DNA from: Saccostrea echinata
Lineage: Eukaryota
Assembly: GCF_033153115.1 (NCBI RefSeq)
Contig: NW_026889778.1
Span: 44,454,001-44,518,000, forward strand
Length of the DNA stretch: 64,000 bases
Direction: 5' to 3'
Shown here: piece by piece, positions 24,521 through 39,751 of the stretch
Layout: every line of letters begins with the position of its first letter
Position numbering within the stretch: the stretch's first letter is position 1
Program-made: the position numbers and the translations under genes
Notes under the pieces: model-generated
The model's database searches: none
Seen by the model: only the letters and a program-made list of their open reading frames with translations
Told to the model about the DNA's origin: nothing

Positions 24521-24597
24521 CAATATCCTCGGCCCAAACCATTACATCAAGTTATACTTATTAAATGAAAAGGCTATGCCTGACATGGTTGTATGTT

Positions 24598-25216
24598 TTT
24601 GTTCGCCCTAAAATTTGTTTGCCTTTGACGTTATTCGCCGTAATTCTCATTCGCCCAGAGTTCGCTCGCCCTAAAACTTATTCGCACAGGGTCCGTTCAC
24701 CTTATTTAGTTGAATAATGAACCAATGGATTTTTTAAAATAAATTATATGTACATTGGTACATAAATTGCACACAGTAGACAACAGACGTATGCATGTGG
24801 TCACACTAAATACCTGTCTTATCAAAAACTCAGCAGACCAACAGAAATTAACGTCTCAGTCCTTTAATTGTTTTCAAAACATAACGCAGATTGTAAACAC
24901 ACACGGATATGATCCCCTAAATTACAGTGAAATTATTAAGTATAATTATAACCAATTAAGCATGTAAAAAGCATTTATTTAATATCAAATTTGAATTATT
25001 TAATTAAGATTACGGTAAATAAAAAAAATACTGTTACAGTAGCAACATTTGGGAAAAAAATCACCAAGTCATGAAATATTGAATTGAATTGATATTAAAT
25101 GTTAATAATTACTATATACTGTATATATATCAGGGCGAGCGAGATATAGGGCGAACAAGAATAATGGCGAACGGACTCAGGCGAACAGGTAGATAAGGCG
25201 AATGTACCTGATACCC
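24598..25216. mobile_element. MITE with multiple inverted subterminal TTCGCCC/GGGCGAA motifs
   Basis: Cluster of ttcgccc at 24602-24700 mirrored by gggcgaa/ggcgaa at 25133-25202. Confidence 0.6.
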
Positions 25217-25614
25217 CCTGGCATAATATCTTGTTTCACTGTTTGGGTTACAACAGAGACATATGTCTCTGGTTAATTCCCAAATTGATCTACAAATTGA
25301 AAATAAAAATAATTTCGCTAAAATGTCATAAATCCGCATACATGATTATATGTTATGTACACTCATTAAATGCAACATGATTAGCAAGCAAGTTCTTCTG
25401 TGCTCCAAATTTTGTGAGATTGACTCCCAATAAGTTATTATCAATATTCAAAATAGTATGGATACAGAAAAAATGTTTACCAAAAGTTGTTGCTTTTCGT
25501 GCAATATATGCAGATTTAATCATTTACAATGAATCAATTTTTGGCACTGTAATTGTCCCATTTCCATTTAGGCGCGTGGTCTTAACCCGCTACTGTTAAT
25601 GCTGTGAATTTTAC

Positions 25615-25800
25615 CTGCACAAAATATGTCTGTAGGCCATTGACGATGTGCAGGGTAACAAACTTCACCATGCAATTACGAAAACAAGATGCAGATGCAA
25701 TACTTCATTATACTTGTGGACTGAAATTTTGAAACTTTAAAGAGAAAATTCAGAAATCGTCCTTCCCCCGGAAGTATATTTTTAACAACTCGTTCATTGG
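25615..25800 (-). promoter_or_regulatory. Candidate COQ2 promoter and non-coding first exon
   Basis: Donor-like GCAG|gtaaaa at 25614; ETS/GABP-type CCGGAAGT at 25768-25775; CCAAT on the minus strand at 25796-25800. The acceptor ending at 23088 implies an upstream UTR exon. Confidence 0.45.
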
Positions 25801-26002
25801 ATATGTCGGATTAATATCAACATGTTTATATTTGTTTAGGCAGCCAACTTTTTAGTTGCAGTACGATGAATTAAATTTGATGTACTTAAAATTTTAATTT
25901 AACGAAAATGAACAGCTGATGAAAGTGAGAACAAAGTTGCTAGGCCTTGTTTTTTCGAGTTTCGACACTTTCAAAACACCAGAACATGCAGAGCATCGTG
26001 TT

Positions 26003-26395
26003 CCCAGGTAGCACAAAACATTTTCATAACATTTTATTCCCGTTGTAATGATGTTATCTGAAAACGTTTTCAATAAAACGTTTATAAAATGTTTTTAAAA
26101 CGTTTTATTTTGGTTGTAAAGACGTTATTAGAAAACGTTCTAAACAATCATTTTAAAAATGTTTTTCATAACATTTTGTTCCTGTTGCAAGGAGGTTTTC
26201 AGAAAACATTTAGCATTTAACATGAATTTCTATAATGATAAAATATCGTGTAGCTATAAATTGAATAGAATGATTAAATAAAAATCATACCTTGTGTAAT
26301 AATTATTATAAATTTCATGAAATACAAATGTTACCAGAAAACATGAATACAACATTGTCTTAAAATGTTTGCAAAACATTGTAAAAACGTTACAG
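26003..26395 (+). mobile_element. CACTA/EnSpm-like element end fragment with AAAACGTT subterminal repeats
   Basis: cccaggtagcaca terminus followed by many aaaac(g/a)ttt motifs. Confidence 0.45.
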
Positions 26396-27594
26396 AAATA
26401 CCAACTCCAAGCATCAGAAGTTTTTAACTATTTAGTGTAGGGTGTTACATGTATATATATAAAACTTCTGTTTTCTTATAAATAGCTTAAAAGTTTGAGT
26501 TATCATTGATTTTGAGCTGTGATAATAAAATTTAGACCCCCAAAAATAAAAAAATTTAAAAAAAAAACACACGGAAATGTGTTCATATTTATCACTTATA
26601 CCATTGTAAAAAAAATATTTATATATAAAAGAGAGAGTAAAAGAAAAAAAAATTTCTAAAAAAATATTTGTTCAACAAAGTTCCTGAATTTAAATAATTC
26701 AGTGGAGTCATTTATTTGTGCTATGGGAATTAAGTCCCCCCTTTGATGATATGTTTATCGAGAGTTAATTGAGTGACACAGCAGGATGCCATGGCCAGGG
26801 CTGATGCAGCCGATCCTTGTTGCAAACTATTTCCATGTGATCTATATAGGTCAACATTATCACAGTTTTGTAAAACCTGGCGGCATTCTTGTAAAACAAA
26901 GAGAAGGAATAGGAGAATATCTTACAAATGTCAACGTATGGTATGTTAAATTTTAAATAGTATTCATTCTGTATATTTAGCAATCATATTAATTGTAGCT
27001 GTAAATACGTCTGCATTTAGAATCTTAGATCTTTCATTCTCATAGACTTAGGTGTATAACTATATATGTTTGTTGATTTTGAATTTATAAAGTTCAATGG
27101 CATTTGAATTAGACGGGCGATTTATTGTTTGAAAAGTTTGGTTTATTTACATGTATTTAAAATGTGTAAGGGGTTTCAAAACATAATTAAAACATACAGG
27201 AAATGTTGGGAATATGAATGGGAGTGGGAGGGGGTCTTAACAAGACAGGGTTAAATAATTCTTAAGAGATGTACATGAAAAATGATTTGTTAGATTTTTC
27301 CGAGTTTGTGTTATGTATTACAGAATACAATGCCACATTAAACCTATTTTCTTTTGGAAAGGAGAGTTTATGTATCAAAGACTAAGAGATTTAGAGAAAT
27401 TCTGAGACAGCTCCAGCATTGCTTAATACATATTTGGCAACAATTGGCTACTATGTCTCATGGTTATAATGGCAACATGCCCTAAAGTGTGAAAAATGAC
27501 ATTTTTTAACATGTTCAGAGTCCAATGGCAGCGTTTGCAGCAATGCAGAAAATGACAATGACTGTTTCCAAAAGGTGAAGCCTTGATGTCTTAA

Positions 27595-28617
27595 GGGGAT
27601 GATGGACACATGGTCACATGACTCTGTTTAACTACGACATAGTCTCCGTTTATATAAGTGCAAAACGTGTAAACCATCAATTCTTGTATAAGTCTTTGAC
27701 AATTTTTTAACTTTGATTACCATTTTATATAAAAAAATAAAAAAAAGTTTTAACATCCTTGTAAAGATTAACAAATTATGAAAAAGATTGATCCACTCCT
27801 CTGTTTCCCTAAACTGCGCGTCCAACAAGTCGGTGACGTCATACACGATCTGTTAGTACAACAAGATCATACTCGGTGAACACAGGGGTGGTATTATTAT
27901 GTAGAAACAGGACATAATCAGTATCTGATGAAATATTTTGAGAAACGGGGAACACAAAAATTATTTTTGCATGGCTGATGACAGAAATCATATGTAGGTA
28001 TATCATATTTCGCTTTTATAGCTTAAGTGTGACGTCATAGTTGGTTTTTCCCGTACTCGAGAAATGTAACATGACACGTTTTTGTCATGCTTATGTCCTC
28101 TTTAACGATGTCCTGTGAAATAATGAGGTCAGCTTCATCATTCGAAATTTTTACAGTTAATCAATAATTTGAAGGATTTGCATTTCAACGTAAATTAAAA
28201 AATATTGAATGATAGAATTTTTTGTAAATTACGTTTTTTATTGTTTAAGTTGTCTTAAAAAGTGCGTAATTTTCCCTATCCAGATGCAGTGTGATAGACA
28301 AAACTTGCTTTTTTTGAATTTTAAATCTTAGTTATACTCTGAAATAATTTAAAAGATACACGTCCACTTTGATATTTTTATATATAATTAAAAAATCTAA
28401 TTATGGACAGAGTAATGAGACCGGAAACATGGAGAATTAAAACTCCACTTAGATACGGTAGGGCATAGTATTTGTCAATCAATATCTCCAAAATAAGGTA
28501 AGAAACCTAATGATATAACTGCTTTAAGATATGTGGGACATACTTAATTAGAAATATACAAAATATGAAAAAAATTGAATGACAAGTATTTTTTTCAGCT
28601 CAAGGTCCTTCTCTTCC
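27595..28617. mobile_element. TTAA-flanked Kolobok-like element
   Basis: ttaa|ggggatgatggac ... gtccttctcttcc|ttaa (imperfect TIR). Confidence 0.5.
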
Positions 28618-29799
28618 TTAAGTGAATGATAAACATACTTGACACCAACTATTGCATACATAAATATTGTATGTAACTATGGAAACAAAGTATTCAAAAG
28701 AAATAATTTCATTTATTCATTCATTTATATAAAGTCATACATTTTTTTAATGATTTACATTTATGAACAAATAATTTAACTTGACTTTCAATTTTGGCTA
28801 CCACACAAAATTTTGCAATCTTCAACTGGGTGCAAGAAACTTATTGGCTTAAAATTTCCATGAAGTCAACAATATTGAGCATTTTCCCTTCTTGGTAACA
28901 AAAGCAATTAGCGATGTTATTTTCTTTATCAAAAGAAAGAGTAATGGTAATGGCTGAATCTGGCCCCTTATTGATGTAAAAATCGGAACACATTTAAAAC
29001 TTTGATATAGTTTGTTGTTAAGAACTTAAAATGATGCACGTGATGCTTGTTTTAAAACCAGTACTAATTTTACCTTTAAAGCTTACACGGAGGCCACAAG
29101 AGGGTGTAGAAGTAAGACATTTTCCCGAATTTCCTCAATTCTGGTGGAATTTCGTCAAATGTAAGATACTTTTCACTTCGGGAAATATAGAGCACAAGCT
29201 TGCCTATCTGAGATTTTTATACACAAGATGCATCTGATACTAGTGTATATGAAATTTATAATATATATAAATTTTTATTTAGATAGGCAAGCTTGTTCTC
29301 TGTGTTTTCTGAAACAAACTGTGCTGTAAAATCGATGAAAATTTGCATAAAAATGTGAAAATTCGGAAATTGACATATTTTCTGATCTTCCTGTGACCTC
29401 TGCGTACCCATAACTTAGAACCGATATACTCATTTCGTGGTAGGGGTGACAACAGGTTTTCATTGATAAACTGTTGCATCATTCTAAAAGACACGCCAAA
29501 CCAGGGGCCAAAAAGGGGTCTTAGCCTATCTTGTCCTTTAATCAATATATGATATTCAACTTTACACAGTTCTCTATCAGACAGGCATACAATTCAAGGT
29601 GAGTCAAATAATATGTTTCTTGATTACATGTAAAAGGTAACAAAATTCCTTTAGCAGCAAAAAAAAATTACTTTAAACTACTGTTTAAAGCTGTTTCCAT
29701 GGTTACACTATAATGTGGCAATAATTACCAGTTTTTTCTTAAAACTAACCAACAAATTTTGTGTGACTTCACTGTGTTACCATTGCAACCATGAAATAT

Positions 29800-30685
29800 A
29801 TTAGCTCACCTGAGCCAAAGGCTCAACTGAGCTTTTATGAAGAAGGAGTGTCCGGTGTCCGTCTGTCGTCCGACGTCTGTCGTCTGTAAACTTTTTATAT
29901 TTTCGACTTCTTCCAATTTTAGCCAAACTTGCCACAAAGCATCCTTGAGTAAAGGCAATTTAAGTTTGTTCACAGGAAGTGCCACACCCTCTTTCAAGGG
30001 GAGATAATTAAGAATTCGTGAAAATTTGGTAGCATCTTCTGAAAAATCTTCTTCTCAAGAACCACTGGGCAAGAAAAGATAAAACGTATGTGAAAACTTC
30101 ATTACATAACTTTTAAATTCAAGTTTTTTCATATCATAACCTCCGGGGGTAGGCGCGTCACAAGAGGGGGTTGAGGTTTTACATTGGAATATATAGAAAA
30201 TGTCTTTAAAAATTTCTTCTCAAAAACAGCAAAACCATGATTAGTCATATTTTCATAGAAGTATCCTCAGGTACATGCATGTAGTGAAGATTTAAGTTTG
30301 TTCCAATCATGACGCCTGAGGGTACATGTAGGACAGGACCACAACGGGAGGTCAAAGTTTACCATAGGAATATATAGAAAATATCTTTAAAAATCTTTTT
30401 TCTCAAGAACAGATAAGCCATTATTAGTCATATTTATAAAGAAGCAAGCATAGGTATTGTAGAATCAAGTTTGTTAAAATTATGACTCCAAGGGGTTGGG
30501 GGAACAACAGAGGGTCAAAGTTTTACAGAAGAATATATTAGAATCAGCTTTAAAAAATCTTCTTCTCAAGAACATGATTAGTCATGTTATTATAGATTAT
30601 AGAAGCATCCTCAGGTAGTGTAGATTCAAACATTTCAAATTTAGAGTGGGTAGGCTGGGTAGGTTGGGGCCACAAGGAGGGATCA
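29800..30685 (+). mobile_element. Helentron-type element with ~167-bp satellite units (degenerate, 3' truncated)
   Basis: ttagctcacctgagcc..aggctca start, gtcc/gtct tract, 'aaaatcttcttctcaagaac' units; closely similar to the copy starting at 59440. Confidence 0.8.
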
Positions 30686-32328
30686 GAGATATGATATGAC
30701 ACCACTGATATGGCCTAAAAAGATGGGATGAAATCGATATGAAAGGCATTAATTTTGCACGAAATGTAAAGGTATAAGTAACAGCTATCAAGCTCAAAAT
30801 TGGGAGCAGAGCAAATTACAAGGAACACCCTCGAAAATACTAAACTATAGGATGATTCGTCCGATAAGCAGAGTAATCCGAGGACGAATCAGTAACATTT
30901 ATAGAATTTACAAAATACTGACATTAAATGAACTAGTTGATACCTCTGTATATAACGACTAACATGTAATTGTCATTTTAGTTGTCATTATCATGTACAT
31001 GTAGCAGTTTGGAGACTTGTAGAGCATGCTCTTGCGTATCCAATCAATTTGTGATTTTGTTTGTTATGGTTGTTATAAAGCTCAGGAATGCATTATAAGC
31101 GTAGTCATTCAGATTCAATTTGGTGGTTTGGAATGTGGAAAATTCATGTATTTAAAACTAGAGTATGATTTTGAAGAATCAATTCCTTTCAAAGGGTAGT
31201 AGGAGTTCAATCTGGATTACAAGTAGTATAAATAAAACCAATCAGGTTCCTATGAAGCAATGTGAAACGTCATATAGAAATAGCTAGTATACATTGGTAT
31301 AACGTTTCAAATGTTACGTACCGTCAACATTGTTTGTCTCTTGTTACAGAGGTATCAACAATGCTCGTTGATAGCCACATGTCTCAACAATGATGTAATT
31401 TATATTTTATCTACTATATCATGTGTTATTATATAGAGTAAATAATTAAGATAAGTTAACTAACTATCACCCTGCAGAATTTACCCTTTTTACAAAGTTT
31501 CTTTTGAACTTTTATTTTGAACTTAAATATGTTTTATCAGTTATTTTCATTGAAATAAGTCATGGATCAATGTATTGTTCGACTATGAAATACTGGATTA
31601 TTTACTTTATTGCATATTGACAATCTTTGGACAATTGTTGAGAACTACAAAGGGACAGAGTGTTAATATAACACAATCACTCATTTCTTTATACCTTATA
31701 AAAACATTCATGTAATTGTTTTATTATCCTTCTTTCATGTCTATCTTATAAAAACTTTTCACATATTGTAATTTACTCAGCATATGACATTTTGTCACTC
31801 AATTTGCTAATTGTTGTCAAAGAACTCTTATATATACCAGCATCTGAATTGTATGTGGCAGTTCGGAGGCCTGACCCATTTCTGGCCACTTCCGTGTGTG
31901 TTCCCCGCATGCATTTCTTGTATGTTAAAATTGCTGTCCATCATTAAATTACATGCTTTTATTAATAAACTCGGAAACTAAATTACCCGTTACTTTGGAT
32001 TTATAATATGTGATCTCGGGAAGAGCCCTAGGAATACGGCACTACTTTTTCCGGCCTACAGCGCCACTCATTTACGCCAACATTCCCTCTTTCCCGATCA
32101 ACGACATATAATATTTATATCAACAAATTTTCCGTGTAGTGAGAGGAGACAATTCTGGCTATTCGCAGCTTGTTTTGCTTAACCTCTTATATATACATGT
32201 ATATAGTATTAAGAAAGAAACCTTGAGTGAAAATGTCATTTATTGAAACTAACAAATGAACATTTAGATATTACATAGACATATCACAATTAATTGGCTG
32301 GGCTTAAACCAAAATATATAGTATATAC

Positions 32329-32426
32329 AAATTGACTAGATAAACATACTGACTAGTCACATGACAAATTGACTAGTTAAACATGCTGACTAGTCACATG
32401 GCATAATTCTTACTAATCACATGACA
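32329..32426. repeat. Short tandem repeat (~37-bp unit, tgactagtcacatg core)
   Basis: aaattgactagataaacatactgactagtcacatgac repeated about 2.5 times. Confidence 0.7.
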
Positions 32427-34133
32427 AAAATATCCCTGCCAATAGTATAAATGGTAAAAAAAAAACACTTAAGAAGCAAAAAGGTGGTGCACAAAAAAGC
32501 CAGTGCACAAAAGGACATAAATGTTAAAACATGCAAATAATAACAAACATCTAATCTATACATTTTTCAAAATCAAAAATATACAAGTTAAATGAGGTAG
32601 ATTGCAAGGATCCAAACTACGCGGTCATATTGATATCGTTTTATATTTTAAAAGATAATATTCCTATATACACACTTTGGATGTATGACTACTGTCCCGG
32701 GATATCAGTAATTGGACTGTTGCCATCCAGCTAAATTTTTCATGTGCACTGAAATTTAAACAGCGATTAAAACACAGAAGGCTTTGAATTACAGGGTAGT
32801 CACAGTGTTGGAGACACATGAAGGATTTCTCGTATATCAGGTATAGGTATTGTTAACTATTGTTAAAATTGTTAAAATTTAGATTATTTACACACATGAA
32901 AATATTGTCATACTTAGGAGGTTTTTTTTATTTATCTAATCATCGGTCTAAAAGGACGTTCTTGCAACAAGCTACAGGTATCTGTGATTGAAATTAATAT
33001 TTATGTAATTATGTTCTTTATAATTGTAAATGTTGTTAGATTCCTTTGCTCAATTTTAACATCTACTTTCGTTTCGGATACAATTATTTCTCTCTCTCAA
33101 TCTTTGTGGATTCACTTTATACATGTACCAATTAATGGTTTATTTTACATGTTGCTTTTCAATGTTAAGTGTACTTTATCATGTTTTTTTCTCTTTATTT
33201 TACTCTCTCTTTCTCTGGATTCACCTTATGTATGTAGCAATCAATGATCTATTTTACATACTGTTTTTCAATGTTAAATGTACCAATAATTGTTATATGT
33301 ACCTTGACCTATGGAGAGAACGATTATAGGCATTATGCCTGCTGTTCAATCCATTTCATTTGTAATGAATAAATATATTTTAAACTAATTATTTTGATCA
33401 TTATATCTAGGTCAGTGAACATACATTTACATTACATCCTTTAGTATTTTCTTTAAAGTTGAAAAACTTTCTTAAAAATAAAACTTTTTAAGAAATTAAA
33501 TTTATGACTGTCACTAAATGTTTTGCACTAGCTCTGGAATTTGTGAAATATGGACGAAACGCCAAAACTCAAACAGATAGAGAAAGAAGCAGAATTGGCC
33601 TTGTACAAAAATGACACAAAATCAGCCTGGGAACTTTACTCGAAAGCGCTTCTGCTTAGTGAGAAATCTGGATTAAAGGATGAATATAGGCGAATCCTGG
33701 GTTATAAATCAATGGTAGCAGTAACTCTACAAAAGCAAGAGGAAGATTTAAGTGACTCCAAATCGTACATCTTGATGGATAATCAGAGTGAGGCGGTACG
33801 AAGTCCTATATACTACTTTATAAACTTTTTTTTTAAATTACAATACTTTATACTGAAGCATATATTTGTAGTTTACCAACCTGTTTATTGTTATAAAAAT
33901 AAGACATGTGAATGTATGTGGTCAATTTGAATACTTTTAGAGTTTTTGGTGTGCTGCAACCGCACTGAAAAAGCTTAATCTTTTGGATAAGGCATTAGAT
34001 CTCCTCATCAAAGGATTAAAAATGGCTGAAGACCCAAGTCCTTTCTTGACAGAAATTGTTCGCTTTATATCCACACAAAAACCGACAAAAGGTAATTGCT
34101 TAAATTTACATATATTTTAGTTTTTTGCTTATT

Positions 34134-34358
34134 CGTCACCTGCGGGGCGCAGTGGTTAGAGTGTCTGTAGAGTGTCTGTCTCGGAGTAAAGAGCAGATCC
34201 TTACGTCGCGGGTTCGAATCCACTGCGGGACGTGGAGACCGGTCCTTTGGATGAGACGGTATAAACAGAGGTCCCGTGTCGCAGTAGATGCTGGCACGAA
34301 AAAGATCCCTCACTGCTTAATGGCCCTGAGTGCCGAGTATAGGTATAAATTTGCAGCC
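34134..34358 (+). mobile_element. tRNA-derived SINE copy (3' truncated)
   Basis: Matches 1273-2229 once the nested MITE is removed. Confidence 0.85.
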
Positions 34359-35702
34359 TTTTGGATATACCATCGCATACAAAAACATTGACAATTCATT
34401 CAAGGATGAACTGCGTGTCTTAAAGTTTGTTCTGTAAAACAGTACAAAACGATATCGAAAAAATATGTAAAATTTCATTAAATTAAATGTACCTTAAACG
34501 GTTTCAATTATGGCGCCAGTCCGCGGATTTTTTTTTTTTTGATAACCCCTCATAAAGAAGAATTTGTTCTTTTTTCATATCACATATAAGTCTAAATTAA
34601 TCTTTCAGTATTGATTTGTTTGTAGATAAACTGGCATATATTAAAGTGTTGGATAACCACCCTGACCTGCCTACTAAACAGATCAGTGTTGAAGCACAGA
34701 AAATTGTCATTCAGAAACTCTGTGAAATAGACTGTTGGAAAGGTATTAGTTTGTTATATATCGGGATACATTCTGGTCCTAGAAGTGATTTTGACAATAT
34801 GTGTGCCGATTGCCCAGCTACACACGTGCCTGTGGGAAAACTTTTAAAAAACTCTTCGAGGAAAAATCTGAGAAACTTTGGTTTGCAGCTTGCTGTTGCT
34901 TTACTAAATAACGGTGCATCTGTGCTGCAGCTGGAAGAGGAAATGGGAATACCAATCATTCATATTGGACTTAAAATGTTCTTAGAGACAGGTGAGTATA
35001 AAGAATTTTCTTTTGATCTGGAAAATTTTATACCATTGTCAGATTGGCATTTTCGAAGACTGTAGCAGGAGAGAGACAATTGCGAAAAGCACAGAATATT
35101 TGCTTGTATGGAAAAAATTGCCCAAGAAGCTTTCGTTAACAAAACTATTTCTTTGTACATTATATGTTTTCATATTTCACAACTCGTAACCTTTTCCACT
35201 GTTGATACTCCATTCGAAAAAAACATCTATCACTTAATTTAAAGCTACAAAATTTGTTTTGAATTTACAATACTTGCATCCAAATTAATTTTGTCGTAAT
35301 TGTTTCAAAATATGAAACAAAAGAGTTGAAAAAATTACTAATGATGTGTAGCATTTCATGTGTAGTATGTGCAAATGAGTATTACAAATTATGACAATAA
35401 CTTTATTTTTCAGATAAAGACACCTTGCTTCAATGGTTCTTTAAGAATCCTATGAATGATCAATCAAAAAGAGACGCTTGTGATACCAAAGGAAATTCTG
35501 TAGTGCATGTCCTGGTCAAATACCCAGTAAAAGGAGAGAGGCGCATGATCAATATTTTGAATTATCTTCTAAAAAATGGATGTTCATCGGAACTTCGAGA
35601 TGAAGATGGAAATCTGCCAGTAGATTATATTTCACCCAACGATGCTTATTTTTCCATTTTAATGAAAGCAAAAGTCAGACAAGGTAGATAAAACAACCTT
35701 AA

Positions 35703-36260
35703 GGAGGTTGGATCCTGTTATCAAAAGTATTGAGAATTTTTTATTAAGTATATTTTTGAAATCTATACTTATAGCTTAATTAAAAATCAAAACCTAAAAT
35801 GGGGGTCAATGCGCTACTTTTGGCGCTATGGAGCATTTGATATTACCTTTTTGCACTGTAATTACGTCTAACACATAAATCAAATGTTTCAAAGTTTTTT
35901 TCTCTAATAGGCGTTGGCACGATAAAGGTCCCTCACCGCTCAATGGCCCTGAGTGCCGAGTAAAGGTCAAAATTTGAAGCCCTTCACCGGTATATAGTGA
36001 CGTCTCTATATGAGTGAAAATTCTCGAATGGGACGTTAAACAACATACAATCAATCAATCAATCTAAAAAAACCTTCCGCGACAAAATATAGTTCCTCAC
36101 TTAATGCTTTCGGTCTGGAATTTAATCATGGGGTTTTAATTGAATATAGTTTAATTAGCATTGTAGAATCCAAATTTATTGTAAGAACTATAACATAGTG
36201 CAGATTTTTTTAATAGAGGTCAAGACAAAAATCTGCTCAAAGGCTCAGGAACGAACCTCT
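35703..36260. mobile_element. TTAA-flanked Kolobok-like MITE containing a 5'-truncated SINE (35908-36064) with (CAAT)n tail
   Basis: ttaa|ggaggttggatcctg ... caggaacgaacctct|ttaa; SINE core taggcgttggcacgataaaggtccctc. Confidence 0.7.
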
Positions 36261-37377
36261 TTAAAGACTTAAAATGATGAATCATAGTTTGTATTCATTT
36301 TAGCGTAAATCAACGTGATTGCACCTTCACTTTCACATCTATCTAATTACATTTTGCAATAATTTCAGATCAGAAAAGTTCAACCACCATTGGAAATGAC
36401 GACGTACAAACCCTTACTACAAAGGATGAACTTGAGTTTTTAATCAAAAAGGGAAATGAGTATCTTGGTCAAAATGTTCTAAACAAGGCATTAGAAATGT
36501 TCTCAAAGGGCAAAAAACTTTTACGTAAAGAATCGGTTTTTGATGAGAGTAATAAGGAAACCTTGCATAACATCCAATGCTCGATTTTAGAGTGCTACCT
36601 TAGGAAGGGGGATTTTAAAACTGTACTTGAGAATGCTTTGGAAAGGTTTCATATTGACAATGAATCATCTAGGGTATGTTTATCTAAAATATGCTGGTTT
36701 GTTTTTTTTGTTTTTGTTTTTTTTTTTTTTTTTTTTTTTTTGTTGAAGAACTATCTTTGTTAATTTTCATATCGATTTACAAAATCAATATTTCCTTTTT
36801 AAAAACTAGTAAACGATGCAAATACCGGGTAACTTGCAGGTTTTTTATTTACTTGGTCGATCACATGCTGGGTTGCACAATTGGATAGAAGCTATAACGT
36901 CATTTGTTGGAGCTGCCGTTCAATTACAGGGCAATTTAGAGCTTGAAAAAGACATTATCTTCCGCATCTCTAAAGTATATGCAAAATATCTAGAAATTGA
37001 AAAAGGTAATAGTCTTTGTAGTCTTTATAAAACAAATCATGCAATATAAAGGAAGGGAAATTACTAAATTTACATGTCTTTTTATTAACTAGTCTTATCT
37101 TACAAAAATCATTGTTATTGACACTACTTTTATTGTCAAAAATTTAAAGAGAGATAATTTGAAAAAAAGCAAGGAAGAGTTGTTTTGAGAATATAAGATA
37201 CGTACTTTTATTTGACATGTAAGAAACGAACATTTTTATTCTTGATAATTCTTTAACTACATTTTTAAGCGAGAAAGGGGAAACCGATTAATTTATTTCA
37301 CTTTAATTAATATATGTACAAGCTTGAAGTATTTATAACACAAGGAAATATGTTTGTATTACGTTATTTACGTATGT

Positions 37378-37461
37378 AGGTCCGTGTTTGCTCTGCTCCT
37401 ATTTTGTATTGTTTAATGGACTTTTGAGCTTGAATACTGTTCGTTATCTCCATATATTTCA
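37378..37461 (+). repeat. 3'-end fragment of the Penelope-like element
   Basis: Closely similar to 47556-47638 (tccgtgtttgctctgctc...tgttcgttatctcca). Confidence 0.75.
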
Positions 37462-38515
37462 TTGTAAGAAAGGCATTAGACAAATAGAAATATGCAAAAA
37501 TAATCTCACATCACCAAAAGCTTTAAAACCCACATTAAGGGCATATAGCATTAAAGAATTGATAAGGGAAAAGGAAACTGTTGGATGCATCTCCAAAGAT
37601 TCACATCACTGTGTTTTCTTGAAAGACAGTACTGAAACAAAATAATTAATGTTTACGTGATCTTTAATTCTAGAAAATTTTATGCCATATTCCAATGTCA
37701 AAAAATGTTGCAATGTGTTTTTTCTCCTTTACATTTAATGATACCACTTTTCAGTATGAAAATGATTATACCAGTTACTTGAACCATTTGAGATATTTCT
37801 TTGTTATTCAGGAGACAAGGCCAGTTTAGAAGTTATGACACAACTCTCAGCAAGATTAAAATGCTCCATTGTTTTTGAACTCATTAAAACAACCAAATGG
37901 GAAGCCGCTTGCGTATTCTTTCACCATTTTTCTGCCAGCATGACAATGCCTAGGGATCCATGTGTGGAAGAAATATTTGACTTGAAAACCCTTTGCAATA
38001 TCGGTTTTATTTCCAAACGTCGATGGCTTCCAGAATTTATTAAAGTTTTGGTGGCCAACAATCTTGCCGATTTTCGTCAAATAATCTTGAAAAAGAAGGA
38101 ACCATACTTACACGCTTGTGTAAGAATTGCTTCAGTCACAGGTAAGGACTTCACGGACTGAATCTTTTCTTTAAGTCTTATTAAGAGCAATTCTCTATAA
38201 CCACTACATGTATTAAACATTTTTGTCATGCATGGTCACCGATTTCGGTGAAACGTTTAGTTTTTATAGTTTGACACCAGAAACATAAATGAGTCAAAAT
38301 TGGTTGATATATATTTTGGTTAACATGTTAACAGCCGGGAAAAAAAATGAGATTACTAGGTACTTTGAGTCTTTGTTGAGCCTAAAAACGACTAAGAAAA
38401 CTAAATTAACCACTCTCTAAAACACATTACACCTCATTGCCACTTGTATCATAAAGAAATTATTTAGAATATATGTCTAAGTAATAACCAAGGATACATT
38501 TTGCGTATCTTTTAA

Positions 38516-39536
38516 GGTGTAATGGGATACCAAACGAAACTTCTCCTACATATTTACATACCCAAATTAGGAGGATTTGAAATACCCCTACCTTTCAGTA
38601 TGTTAAGTTCTAACTTTAATATTTTTTTTATTATTTTAATGAGAAATACAAAATGATTTTTTCTTGTATAATTCTTTTTTTTATAAGCTTAATATTATAG
38701 ACAGGCGTTTACTAATGTAAAGTGTATATAAAAACAAAAATGACAAGAAATATGTCTTAGTATTTTTTTTAATTTTCAACAAAAAATAAGCGTAAAAAAC
38801 TGGGAACGCTTCATTTCTTGAAAACAGATGAATAATATTTCATGAAAGTCTACAATTAGAATGTATCTTAATATGTTAGCAAANNNNNNNNNNNNNNNNN
38901 NNNNNNNNNNNNNNNNNNNNNNNNNNNNNNNNNNNNNNNNNNNNNNNNNNNNNNNNNNNNNNNNNNNNNNNNNNNNNNNNNNNNNNNNNNNNNNNNNNNN
39001 NNNNNNNNNNNNNNNNNNNNAATTAAAAGATCCGAGCGGAAGAGTTATCTTTCTTCATTTTCCAAGGGTTGAAAAAAAACATGGGTGCTATTTCAGAAAT
39101 GATGAGCATTTTTTCCCAAGCACAAACAAAATCACACTTTGTAGTTTTCAACTTTGAACTGTTTTGAAAACAATGCATGGATAATCGCTTTCCAGAACGT
39201 GTCTTGTTCAGAGCAATTGCATTCATCTAAACGTTTTTGGACTATATACAACATCTAGCTGATTTCTGACCAAACAGTTACTTCTTGAATTAAATAACAA
39301 AGAAGTCCAGCTCTGGTTAACGTGATGATTGATTGGTGATAATTCAGCACAATGTGAGGTAATCGCACTTATCAATGCCTCACCGCACACAAGGTGCTGT
39401 ACAGTTACTCAAACAATTGAAATACAGCTTTTATTTGCTTAAAAGTGTTCAAAAGCAGCAATTTTGAAACTACCTTTTACAGGGGTTTGCTTTTTAAATG
39501 TCCGTTGTACAATTATAAGAAAATTTATATACTTGC

Positions 39537-39580
<44 letters not shown>

Positions 39581-39751
39581 TCTATTTTTACTTAAAATTC
39601 CGACTTGTGAGAACTTGCATTGAAATAGGCTTCAGAGTGTTCTTTTCAACGGGTGTATCTACAAATTTTGATCCGATAATAAGCATTCATGCAAATCAAA
39701 TCAATACTTCAAACGGAAATACGTCATAACGTGGAGGTATCCCATACTACC
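38516..39751. mobile_element. TTAA-flanked Kolobok-like element spanning an assembly gap
   Basis: ttaa|ggtgtaatgggatacc ... ggtatcccatactacc|ttaa. Confidence 0.75.

Noticed and set aside
38861-39157. ORFs spanning N runs (also 48725-48999)
   Set aside because: Artefacts of assembly gaps.
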